Below, one piece after another: positions 55,552 to 64,000 of a stretch of DNA of 64,000 nt. The position numbers were made by a program, and so were the translations under genes. Within the stretch, counting starts at the first letter, position 1. Each line of letters starts with the position of its first letter. Source of the DNA: Desulfobacterales bacterium (GTDB taxonomy: Bacteria; Desulfobacterota; Desulfobacteria; Desulfobacterales; UBA5852); contig CAXXVS010000001.1 in assembly GCA_963674755.2 (NCBI GenBank), positions 288,001 through 352,000 on the forward strand, in the 5' to 3' direction. Under the pieces are notes generated by a model. It was given only the letters and a program-made list of their open reading frames with translations, did not search any database and was not told the origin of the DNA.

Positions 55552-56535
55552 CTATTTATAGACCAGTTTGGGCGTTTCCAACATGACGCGCGTGTTGGCC
55601 GGCACCGATTCGGTCAGCCAGACGTTGCCGCCGATGACGGCGTTGGCGCCGATGAGCGTATCGCCCCCCAGAATCGTGGCCCCGGAGTAGATAATGACGT
55701 TGTCCTCGATGGTGGGGTGGCGTTTGGCCTGCCGCAGTTCGGAGACCTTTTCGCGCGGCAGGGAGAGGGCGCCCAGGGTAACCCCCTGGTAGATGCGGAC
55801 ATTGTCGCCAATCCGGGTGGTCTCCCCGATGACCACGCCGGTGCCGTGATCGATCACGAAGCATTTGCCGATTTCGGCCCCGGGGTGGATGTCGATGCCG
55901 GTATGGCTGTGGGCATATTCGGTCATGATGCGCGGCAGCAGCGGCACCTTCTGCCGATGGAGCTGATGGGCCAGACGATAGACGGTCAGTGCGTACATGC
56001 CGGGATAGCTGAAAATGATTTCATCGTGGCTTTTGGCCGCCGGATCACCCTCGAAGGCCGCCTGCACGTCGGCGGCCAGGGTTTTACGAAGTTCGGGTAC
56101 CTGCCGCAGAACGTCCAAGGCCACCTGGTAGCCGGTTTCGGTGTGGCGCCGGCAGGGGAGGTTGTGGCGGAAGCACTCATGCTGTACGCTCAGGGCGACC
56201 TGCTGGGAGAGGCTGTCGAAGAAGCGCGATACGGCCTGCCCCAGACTGTAGCGCAGATTCACCGGATCCAGCTTTTCCTTGGAAAAATAGCCGGGGAAGA
56301 CGAGCTCCCGGAACTGGTCGATGATGGAGACCACGGTTTGCCGGGATGGAATCGGATCGAATTCCACATGGGTGAAGCACTTGACGTCGTCGCAGATGTG
56401 AATGATGTCTTCGGCGATGGCCGGAATCTGTTCACGATAGGCGGAAAGTGATTGGGCCTGCCGGGTGCATTCCTGCTTGCGGTCGAGGTCGGCGTCTTTC
56501 ATGGTGTAGGTTTCCTTCTCAGGCCTTTGTCCCAT
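55552..56535 (-). CDS. cysE: Serine O-acetyltransferase
   Basis: [47 protein letters not shown]; start 56535 or 56502. Confidence 0.94.
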   Translation of the reverse strand: MGQRPEKETYTMKDADLDRKQECTRQAQSLSAYREQIPAIAEDIIHICDDVKCFTHVEFDPIPSRQTVVSIIDQFRELVFPGYFSKEKLDPVNLRYSLGQAVSRFFDSLSQQVALSVQHECFRHNLPCRRHTETGYQVALDVLRQVPELRKTLAADVQAAFEGDPAAKSHDEIIFSYPGMYALTVYRLAHQLHRQKVPLLPRIMTEYAHSHTGIDIHPGAEIGKCFVIDHGTGVVIGETTRIGDNVRIYQGVTLGALSLPREKVSELRQAKRHPTIEDNVIIYSGATILGGDTLIGANAVIGGNVWLTESVPANTRVMLETPKLVYK

Positions 56536-56648
56536 GTGATTTCCCCTGGTGATAGGCCGGACATACCCGGCAGTATAGGGGTTCAAGGACGATTGTCAAA
56601 CCAAGGGCCTTTCAGGTTCGCCAAAAGTGTCTCCAGGACGAAGGCGCG

Positions 56649-58016
56649 CTAAAGGTCCCGGGCGAGGTCGATCCCGAACCTCTTGATCCGCTTCCAGACC
56701 GTGACGCGGCTGACGCCCAGGAGGCGGGCGGCTTCGGATTGGTTGCCGCCTGCCCGGCGAAGCGCCTCGATAAGGGCCGTGCGCTCGGGGTTGTGCCTGG
56801 GGTTTGCCTGAAGCACCGTGTTGTCGGGCTTCCCTTGCGATGGCATAATGCGGTGGGGCAGATGTTCGGGCCCGATCCAGCCGCTCGGGCAGAGCACGAA
56901 GGCGTATTCGATGGCATTGCGCAGTTCCCGGACGTTTCCCGGCCAGCCATAGTCTAAAAGGGCGTCCAGGGCCTCGGGGGACAGGCCTTCGATCTTCTTG
57001 CCGCTGCGCTGATTGTTGTGGCGGATGAAACTTTGTACCAGCAGGGGAACGTCTTCCATGCGGGCCTGCAACGACGGCATGGTCAGGGGGAAGACATTGA
57101 TCCGGAAAAAGAGATCTTCGCGAAACAGACCCTCGGTGACATGAAGGTCCAGGTTCTTGTTGGTGGCGGATATAATCCGGACGTCCACCGCAATGGGGTG
57201 GTGATCGCCCACCCGCTCGATTTCCTTCTCCTCCAGCACCCGCAGGAGTTTGACCTGGGTGGCCGGGGGGATATCCCCGATTTCGTCCAGGAAAATGGTA
57301 CCGCCGTGGGCCGCTTCGAAGCGCCCCACCCGGGCGCGGTCGGCGCCGGTATAGGCGCCCTTGACGTGGCCGAAGAGTTCGCTCTCCAATAAGTTCTCGT
57401 TCAGGGCGGCGCAGTTGACCTTGATAAACGGGGCATTTTTACGGGGGCCGGCGTCGTGCACGGCCCGGGCGGCGAGTTCCTTGCCCGTTCCGCTGGGGCC
57501 GTGGATCAGCACCGGGGCGTCGCTCTGGGCCACGTTGTCGATGAGTTCGAAGAGGCGCTGCATGGGCGGTGCATGTCCGAGGATGCCGTGGAACCCGTCA
57601 TCCAGATGGCAGGATTGCCGCAGGGATATGATTTCCTGCTGCTGGCGGACGAGTTCGGAGATGTCCGTGAGCGTTTCGATGGCGCCCACCACGTTGCCGT
57701 TGTCGTCCTTCAGAACCGAGGCGTTTTTCATGACAAACAGGGCGCGGCCGCTTTTGTCGGTGATGGTGCACTTCTTGGCGCGGATGCGGTTGTGGGCATA
57801 CAGACTGCACCACTCCCGGCCCTTGCCCCGGCCGAAGATCTGGCAGCCCGAGCAGTTCAGCACACGGCAGTTCCGTCCCACCAGCTCGGCGGCCGAATAG
57901 CCGGTCAATTTTTCGGCGGCCGGGTTGACGTTGAGAATCGTTCCCCGGGCATCCACGACCAGCAGGCCGTCGTGCAGGGTATTGACGATGGTTTCCCAGA
58001 AGCTGGCGATATCCAT
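56649..58016 (-). CDS. PAS-domain sigma54-dependent transcriptional activator (Fis HTH)
   Basis: Cys-rich PAS domain; [36 protein letters not shown]-terminal HTH. Confidence 0.95.
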   Translation of the reverse strand: MDIASFWETIVNTLHDGLLVVDARGTILNVNPAAEKLTGYSAAELVGRNCRVLNCSGCQIFGRGKGREWCSLYAHNRIRAKKCTITDKSGRALFVMKNASVLKDDNGNVVGAIETLTDISELVRQQQEIISLRQSCHLDDGFHGILGHAPPMQRLFELIDNVAQSDAPVLIHGPSGTGKELAARAVHDAGPRKNAPFIKVNCAALNENLLESELFGHVKGAYTGADRARVGRFEAAHGGTIFLDEIGDIPPATQVKLLRVLEEKEIERVGDHHPIAVDVRIISATNKNLDLHVTEGLFREDLFFRINVFPLTMPSLQARMEDVPLLVQSFIRHNNQRSGKKIEGLSPEALDALLDYGWPGNVRELRNAIEYAFVLCPSGWIGPEHLPHRIMPSQGKPDNTVLQANPRHNPERTALIEALRRAGGNQSEAARLLGVSRVTVWKRIKRFGIDLARDL

Positions 58017-58036
58017 TAAGGCAGGCTTCCCAAAGC

Positions 58037-58066
58037 GTTAATCCGTTAACTTAACAGGTGTTAACA
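58037..58066. promoter_or_regulatory. Candidate enhancer (UAS) with clustered GTTAA/TTAAC motifs
   Basis: gttaatccgttaacttaacaggtgttaaca, about 200 bp upstream of the sigma54 promoter and next to the activator start. Confidence 0.45.
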
Positions 58067-58259
58067 TAGGCTTAGCAAATCAGTTTGGCAAGGGGCGCCG
58101 GGACGCGGGAAAGGGGGCGGATGTCATCGCCTGCCAAAAAACCAGATCGTGCTAATATTCTGAAAAATAATACGAATACAGTAGGTTAATGCGGTTCTCC
58201 GAAAACAGAGACCAGACAGGGGGGGCTACCCCCATCGCTGCTCCAGGTAGCGTTTATTT

Positions 58260-58275
58260 TGGCACTATAGTTGCT
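58260..58275 (+). promoter_or_regulatory. sigma54 promoter of the octaheme cytochrome operon
   Basis: TGGCAC-tatag-TTGCT, a perfect consensus match. Confidence 0.88.
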
Positions 58276-58390
58276 ACTGTGTACCGTTTCACAAACATGC
58301 TGGCCGATGCCTGACCTTAAAGCATGCATCCACACCCCAGGCGTCGTCGGCAACGATACAGACGGTTACCATCGCAACAGGAGCAGCAAC

Positions 58391-60046
58391 ATGAAATTTT
58401 TGGCAAAGATCGCCGCGGGATGGCTTTGCACCGGCCTGATCATGACGGGCTTGGTCGCCGTTCCGGCGGTTCAGGCCCAGCTCGAGGTGCTCGACGAAAA
58501 CCAGGCCCCCGGCCGCACCATGGCCCGGCAGGCGGTCAAGGAGCGCCAAGTCTGGATCACCGCGGATCACTCCCGGCACGCGATCCTGCAACAGGCGTTC
58601 ACTTCCGGTCCCGAGGTGACGAAGGCTTGTCTGTCCTGTCACGAGCTGGCGGCCGGCCAGTTTCATAAAACTATTCACTGGACCTGGCTGGACCCCAATG
58701 TGCCGCCCGGCGAGCGGATCGGCAAGGCCGGCCATTCCATCAACAATTTTTGTATCAACCTGAATGGGAATGAGCCGCGCTGCACCTCCTGTCATGCCGG
58801 CTACGGCTGGCGCGACAGCCGTTTCAACTTCAACGACGAAGCGGCCGTGGACTGCCTGGTGTGCCACGAGCAGACCGGTACCTACAAGAAATTCCCCACC
58901 GGGGCCGGGTTTCCCGTCCAGGAACCGACCCTCTTCAAGGGCAACCACAAGACCTACAATCCGCCCGACTGGAACAAGGTGGCCCAGAGTGTCGGCCGCC
59001 CTACCCGCGCCAATTGCGGTACCTGCCACTTTAACGGCGGCGGCGGGGACGGCGTGAAACACGGCGATCTGGACTCATCGCTGACCAAACCCAATAAAGC
59101 GCTGGATGTCCACATGGGGATGGACGGGCAGGATTTCGACTGCGTGCGCTGCCACACCACCACCCTGCACAATATCGCCGGCCGGACCTACGCCACCCCG
59201 GCCGCCACCCACCGCAAGAGTCTGATCGAAGACGACCTGGCCTCCAAGATCATGTGCGAATCCTGCCATTCCAGCACGCCCCACAAGCCGGGGGCCAAAG
59301 CCAATGACCATACGGACAAGGTGGCCTGCCAGACCTGCCACATTCCGCAATTCGCCCGGGTCAACCCCACCAAGATGGCCTGGGACTGGTCCCAGGCCGG
59401 GCGCAAGAAGGACGGCAAGCCCTACGCCGAAAAGGGCCCCTACGGCAAGCCCACCTACGACACCAAAAAAGGGACCTTTCGCTGGGAGAAGGATGTCCAG
59501 CCGGCCTATTTCTGGTTCAACGGCGCCATCAATGCCATCACGGCCCGGGACACCATCGATCCTTCCAAGCCGGTCGACATCAACTGGCCGGTGGGCCGTC
59601 GGGCGGATGAAAACGCCCGCATTTTCCCCTTCAAGGTTCATGAAGGCCGGCAGCCCTACGACAAGATCAACAAGAATCTCTTGATACCGAAGCTTTTCGG
59701 CAAGAAGGGGACCGGCGCCTATTGGGCTGAATACGACTGGAAGAAAGCGCTGGGAAACGGCATGCAGGCCGCCGGGCTGTCCTTCAGCGGCGAATACGAC
59801 TTTGTGGACACACGTTATGTCTTCCCCATCACCCACATGGTGGCGCCCAAAGAGGACGCGGTGGCCTGTATCGAATGCCATCGTGCCGACGGGCGCCTGG
59901 CAGGACTGACAGGGTTTTACATGCCGGGCCGGGATCATTTCAAAACCATCAACATCATCGGCTGGGTTCTGGTACTGGGTACCCTGGTGGGCGTTACCCT
60001 TCACGGGCTGGGACGCGCCATCGCCCGCGGCCGCAAGGAGGACTAA
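58391..60046 (+). CDS. Octaheme c-type cytochrome, tetrathionate reductase (OTR) family
   Basis: Signal peptide; 8 CxxCH motifs (CLSCH, CTSCH, CLVCH, CGTCH, CVRCH, CESCH, CQTCH, CIECH); INNFC, HAGYGW, GGGGDGVKHGDLD; C-terminal TM; SD AGGAG. Confidence 0.93.
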   Translation: MKFLAKIAAGWLCTGLIMTGLVAVPAVQAQLEVLDENQAPGRTMARQAVKERQVWITADHSRHAILQQAFTSGPEVTKACLSCHELAAGQFHKTIHWTWLDPNVPPGERIGKAGHSINNFCINLNGNEPRCTSCHAGYGWRDSRFNFNDEAAVDCLVCHEQTGTYKKFPTGAGFPVQEPTLFKGNHKTYNPPDWNKVAQSVGRPTRANCGTCHFNGGGGDGVKHGDLDSSLTKPNKALDVHMGMDGQDFDCVRCHTTTLHNIAGRTYATPAATHRKSLIEDDLASKIMCESCHSSTPHKPGAKANDHTDKVACQTCHIPQFARVNPTKMAWDWSQAGRKKDGKPYAEKGPYGKPTYDTKKGTFRWEKDVQPAYFWFNGAINAITARDTIDPSKPVDINWPVGRRADENARIFPFKVHEGRQPYDKINKNLLIPKLFGKKGTGAYWAEYDWKKALGNGMQAAGLSFSGEYDFVDTRYVFPITHMVAPKEDAVACIECHRADGRLAGLTGFYMPGRDHFKTINIIGWVLVLGTLVGVTLHGLGRAIARGRKED

Positions 60047-60049
60047 GCA

Positions 60050-60736
60050 ATGACGGGCAATCAAATGGTCAATACCTATCTTTATACGCGTTACGAACGG
60101 TTCTGGCACTGGCTGCAGACGGCGCTGATTACGATTTTGCTGGCGACCGGCTTCGAGGTGAACGGACTCTACACCCTGCTGGGCTATAAAACCGCCGTGG
60201 CGGTCCATAATTTCGTGGGCCTGACCTGGCTGATCGCATTCGCCTTCTTCGTTTTCTGGCTGTTCACCACCGGCGAGTGGAAGCAGTACGTGCCCACCAC
60301 CAAAAAGATGTTCACCGTCATTCATTATTACATGTTCGGTATTTTTCGCGGCGACCCCCATCCGGTGCCCAAGCGCAGGGAAGCCAAGCACAACCCGCTG
60401 CAGCGCATCGCCTATCTTTCCGTGGCGGCCTGCCTTCTGCCGATCCAAATGGTTTCGGGGTTTCTCTACTGGAGCTACAATTCCTGGGCGGCCTGGGGGC
60501 TGGATGGGCTGAGCTTGCCGGTCGTGGCGGCCGTGCACATGCTGGGCGCCTTCGGTGTGCTCAGTTTCCTGATCGGCCACGTTTATATGACCACCACCGG
60601 ACATACCCTTTTGGCGCACATCCGGGCTATGATTACCGGCTGGGAGGAAATCCGGGAAGGCGTCGAGCTGGAGGACTGGGAAAAGCGCCCCCGCCAGGGC
60701 CACCCGCCGGCTGAAACGGAAGCCTCTTCGGCCTGA
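60050..60736 (+). CDS. Cytochrome b/b6-domain membrane protein (PhsC-like)
   Basis: ERFWHWLQ, AVHN, KHNPLQRIAY, VH...HVYMTTTG heme b histidines. Confidence 0.9.
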   Translation: MTGNQMVNTYLYTRYERFWHWLQTALITILLATGFEVNGLYTLLGYKTAVAVHNFVGLTWLIAFAFFVFWLFTTGEWKQYVPTTKKMFTVIHYYMFGIFRGDPHPVPKRREAKHNPLQRIAYLSVAACLLPIQMVSGFLYWSYNSWAAWGLDGLSLPVVAAVHMLGAFGVLSFLIGHVYMTTTGHTLLAHIRAMITGWEEIREGVELEDWEKRPRQGHPPAETEASSA

Positions 60737-61044
60737 TCACGGGCTCCCCGCGATACCTCCGATAGCGCCACGCAACGGCAGGTTATGTCATCCCCTCGCG
60801 CAGCGTCGGTGAAAACCGGCGCTGCGTATTTTTGCCAGCCAAGCGATCCCCACCACCGTCATTGTTCAGGATGCCGATCCCGGGCGGTCGCGCAGCATGC
60901 TCCCCCGATAATGCCGTCCGATCCGGGTTCCGATACACCCCGGTTCCCGTTGATTCAGATTCATCCCCTTTGATTTTTGAGATTGATGCTTAGGGTCTTT
61001 TTGTGGCCGCTTGGACACGATGATGAGCGGCCGGTAACGATTCA

Positions 61045-61187
61045 GTGCACATCCGGAAATGACATCTTTCGGCCCCGGCCTGCGTTCTCGCTCTCTGGGG
61101 AGCCTCGCCGTAGGCCTGCTACGCCTGTGGTTCCCAATTCGTGGCCGCCTTGACGGGAACCGACGTCTACTATTTCTGGACGAACAC
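61045..61187 (+). mobile_element. MITE family A copy upstream of nifU
   Basis: gtgcacatccggaaatgacatctttcggcccc ... tctactatttctggacgaacac. Confidence 0.75.
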
Positions 61188-61205
61188 GATTCAGGAGGTG
61201 ACAAT

Positions 61206-62039
61206 ATGTGGGAGTATTCCGACAAGGTCAAAGAACATTTCCTCAAGCCGCGCAATGTGGGCGTCATCGAGGATCCGGATGGCGTGGGCGAAGTGGGCTC
61301 TCTCTCTTGCGGCGATGCCTTGACCCTCTATTTCAAGCTGGATGACGCGGGCCGCATCAGCGACGCCAAGTTTCTGACCTTCGGATGTGCCAGCGCGATT
61401 GCCTCTTCGTCGGCCCTGACCGAAATGATCATCGGCAAGACCTTGGAGGAGGCCGAAAAGATCACCAACGAAGACATTGCCGCCTATCTGGGAGAGCTTC
61501 CCAAGGAGAAAATGCATTGCTCGGTCATGGGCAAGGAAGCCCTTGAAAAGGCCATTGCCCATTACCGCGGGGAAACGATCAAAGCGGTGGACGGCAAAAT
61601 CGTCTGCGAGTGTTTCGGCATAACGGACCGCGAAATCGAAAAGACCATCCGGGAGCACCGCCTGACCTCCATCGAGGATGTAACCGGCTACCTCAAGGCC
61701 GGCGGGGGGTGCGGCAAGTGCCACGAAGATATCCAGGCCATCATGGACCGGGTTTTCGGCCAGCCGGTCCACATACGCTCCGCTCCCCAAAAAGCCCTGA
61801 CCAACATCCAGAAGATCCGCCTGATCGAAGATACCCTGGAGCGGGAAATCAAACCGGCCCTGCGCCAGGACGGTGGTGACATCGAACTGGTGGATGTGGA
61901 CGGCGTACGGGTCATGGTCCGCCTGCGCGGGACCTGCGCCGGCTGCCAGGCCTCCCAGACCACCCTCAAGCATGTCGTCGAGGCCAAATTGCGGGAGCTT
62001 GTGACCCAGGACCTGGTTGTGGAGGAGGTGCTGCCATGA
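61206..62039 (+). CDS. nifU: Fe-S cluster assembly scaffold NifU
   Basis: IscU domain (CGD, FGCASAIAS, KMHCS), BFD-like CECF...CGKC, Nfu DGGDIEL...CAGC; SD GGAGG before ATG 61206. Confidence 0.96.
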   Translation: MWEYSDKVKEHFLKPRNVGVIEDPDGVGEVGSLSCGDALTLYFKLDDAGRISDAKFLTFGCASAIASSSALTEMIIGKTLEEAEKITNEDIAAYLGELPKEKMHCSVMGKEALEKAIAHYRGETIKAVDGKIVCECFGITDREIEKTIREHRLTSIEDVTGYLKAGGGCGKCHEDIQAIMDRVFGQPVHIRSAPQKALTNIQKIRLIEDTLEREIKPALRQDGGDIELVDVDGVRVMVRLRGTCAGCQASQTTLKHVVEAKLRELVTQDLVVEEVLP

Positions 62040-63223
62040 AAACGATCTATGTGGACAACAACGCCACGACCCGCACCGCCCCCGAGGTGGTGGAGGCCAT
62101 GCTGCCGTATTTTAGCGAGCGTTACGGCAATGCTTCCAGCATGCACAGCTTCGGCGGCGGGCTGATTGTCGATATCCGCCGGGCCCGCAGTCAGGTGGCG
62201 GCCCTGATCGGTGCCCGACCCGAGGAGATCCTGTTTACCAGCGGCGGCACGGAAAGCGATTTCACGGCCATCCACGCCGCGCTCGAATCCCAGCCCGACA
62301 AGCGCCATATCGTCACCACCCGGGTGGAGCACCCGGCCATCAAAAATCTATTTGAACAATACGGCAAGCACGGCTACCGGGTGACCGTCGTCCCGGTGGA
62401 CGGGCAGGGGCGCCTCGACCAGGATGCGCTGCTGGAGAGCCTGGACGACGATACGGCCGTGGTCAGCATCATGTGGGCCAACAACGAAACCGGAGTGATC
62501 AATCCCATCGCAGCCCTGGGGCAGGAGATTCGTGCGCGGGGCATCGTTTTCCATACCGATGCGGTGCAGGCCGCGGGCAAAATTCCCATCGACGTGGAGG
62601 CCAGCGGTATCGACATGCTTTCCATGTCGGGCCACAAATTTCACGGCCCCAAGGGCGTCGGCGCGCTTTACATCCGCCGGGGGACCAAGTTCAAACCCCT
62701 GGTGGTGGGCGGCCACCAGGAAAAAGGCCGGCGGGCCGGAACGGAGAACGTTCCCGGCATCGTCGGCATGGGGAAGGCCGCGGAAATGGCCGGGACCCAT
62801 CTGGAAGACCTGGGGACCCGCGTGCGGCAGCTGCGCGACAGGCTGGAAGAGGCCCTGCTGGAAGCCGTACCGCGGGCCATGGTCAACGGGGGCCGGGCCG
62901 AGCGGCTGCCCAATACCGCCAGCATCGCGTTCGAATTCGTGGAGGGCGAGGCGATTTTGCTGATGATGAACGAGGTGGGCATCTGCGCCTCTTCCGGCTC
63001 GGCCTGCACGTCCGGCTCCCTGGAGCCGTCCCACGTGCTGCGGGCCATGGGCGTGCCCTTTACGGCGGCCCACGGGTCCATCCGATTCAGTTTGAGCCAC
63101 TACACCACGGAAGACGAGATCAATTTTATCATCGACAAGATGCCGGCCATTATCGCCCGCCTGCGGGAGATGTCGCCTTTTTGGAAGAAGGCGGTCGAGG
63201 GGGCCGCGGGTGTCCATCCATGA
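62036..63223 (+). CDS. nifS: Cysteine desulfurase NifS
   Basis: YVDNNATT, FTSGGTES, HTDAVQ, SGHKFHGPKG, SSGSACTS. Confidence 0.96.
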   Translation: MKTIYVDNNATTRTAPEVVEAMLPYFSERYGNASSMHSFGGGLIVDIRRARSQVAALIGARPEEILFTSGGTESDFTAIHAALESQPDKRHIVTTRVEHPAIKNLFEQYGKHGYRVTVVPVDGQGRLDQDALLESLDDDTAVVSIMWANNETGVINPIAALGQEIRARGIVFHTDAVQAAGKIPIDVEASGIDMLSMSGHKFHGPKGVGALYIRRGTKFKPLVVGGHQEKGRRAGTENVPGIVGMGKAAEMAGTHLEDLGTRVRQLRDRLEEALLEAVPRAMVNGGRAERLPNTASIAFEFVEGEAILLMMNEVGICASSGSACTSGSLEPSHVLRAMGVPFTAAHGSIRFSLSHYTTEDEINFIIDKMPAIIARLREMSPFWKKAVEGAAGVHP

Positions 63224-63776
63224 ATGGCATCTTTTGGCCCCGGCCGGCGTTCTCGGTCATTGGAAATCCTCGCCGTAGCCCAGCTACGCCTCCGGTTCCC
63301 AATTCCCTGCGGCCTTGGCCGGAACCAAAATCTACCACCCCTGGATAGACACTATGGCATCTTTCGGTCCCTGGCCCGCCGCCGGTGGACCAAATCCACC
63401 TTTGGCGGACAAGCTGGCGTTCTCGCCTCCTGTCGGTCCTCGGCGTAGCGGGCTACGCCTGTGGGCGCCAGTCGGCTGCGGCCTTGCCAGGAACCAAAAT
63501 CTACCATTTCTGGACGAACACCGATGATTGCCCGTCCCTCAATGGCATCTTTCGGAGAGTCCCTATCTGTTCGCCTCCTGTCGGTTCTCGGCGTAGCCGG
63601 GCTACGCCTGTGGGCACCCGCCGTTGAAGAATCAATCCGATGGGAAGTCCCGCTCGGCCGGACGCCCGTCGTCGTCGGTTTGTTGAACACCGATCGATGT
63701 GCTCAAATATCAGACGTGAAATCCCGCGCTGCACGGCGGGACCAGGAAGCGAAATCTGCCATTTCTGGGTAGGCAC
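63210..63776 (+). mobile_element. Tandem array of three MITE family A copies (63210-63354, 63355-63521, 63528-63776)
   Basis: Each unit has tggcatcttt..gg / ctcg(c/g)cgtagc..gctacgcct / aaatct(a/g)cca...tgga..(g/a)acac. Confidence 0.85.
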
Positions 63777-63894
63777 GATTTAAGCGCCGGCGCCGCATTC
63801 TACACCGAGTGACCTATACGGTGTCTTTTCCCGGCCCGGGCGTAGGGCTGCCCGGCCGTTGGCGAACCGAGCCTGCCCTGGGTGGGGCACCGCC

Positions 63895-63999
63895 CTACCG
63901 GTCGTTGCTGAAAACGCGGAATTTCTTGTTGTAGGCCACCGGGTTATACGAGAGTTTGGCCTTGCGCAGGCCTTCATCGCCCAAATCCTGCTCGCGGTT
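63895..63999 (-). CDS. Partial (C-terminus) DUF2156 / phosphatidylglycerol lysyltransferase-domain protein
   Basis: Manual translation NREQDLGDEGLRKAKLSYNPVAYNKKFRVFSNDR*; NREQDLG..GLRKAK.SY.P is the family motif. Confidence 0.8.
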   Translation of the reverse strand, partial: NREQDLGDEGLRKAKLSYNPVAYNKKFRVFSNDR

Positions 64000-64000
64000 G

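Noticed and set aside
59075..60703. 542-aa minus-strand ORF
   Set aside because: Shadow of the octaheme cytochrome and cytochrome b genes
61059..61205. N-terminal extension of NifU
   Set aside because: Read-through of MITE sequence; the SD and family start MWEYSDKV support ATG 61206
63210..63776. Possible CRISPR array
   Set aside because: Units are 145-250 bp, degenerate and TIR-bounded, with no constant short repeat plus unique spacers and no cas genes; it is a MITE array
63780..63977. 65-aa minus-strand ORF in the track
   Set aside because: Wrong frame; the frame ending at 63895 carries the DUF2156 motif

Overview
GC-rich bacterial chromosome segment. Gene content points to a sulfate-reducing Desulfobacterota (deltaproteobacterial) host; this is inferred, not proven. 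In order, it contains: the 3' part of a cbb3-type oxidase/maturation cluster (cytochromes c, ccoS, CcoI-like P1B ATPase) followed by ubiG; myo-inositol-1-phosphate synthase and a TIM-barrel epimerase; a glycine cleavage system (lpdA divergent from gcvT-H-PA-PB, plus an Lrp regulator); a HerA-like ATPase; an OYE-USP fusion; an M24 peptidase; a nuclease-DinG helicase; a PAS hybrid kinase; small housekeeping genes; ubiE; a NosL/ABC/Cys-rich membrane operon without nosZ; an aapJQMP-type ABC transporter; an AT-richer island of three PEP-CTERM genes; a TRAP transporter; a HypD-type glycyl radical enzyme with its activase; ubiA, PIN, cysK and cysE; a sigma54 activator divergent from an octaheme cytochrome/cytochrome b pair; nifU-nifS; and a partial DUF2156 gene. 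The most notable system is the 41.7-45.3 kb island. Each of the three PEP-CTERM genes has a sigma54-type promoter. Two also carry GEMM-I riboswitches that differ at the ligand-discriminating nucleotide (G, c-di-GMP type; A, 3'3'-cGAMP type). An unlisted 53-aa Arg-repeat small protein lies next to them. A modular MITE-like repeat family occurs about 8 times and supplies the C-terminal VHP-stop of two genes. No rRNA, tRNA, CRISPR array or transposase was recognised.
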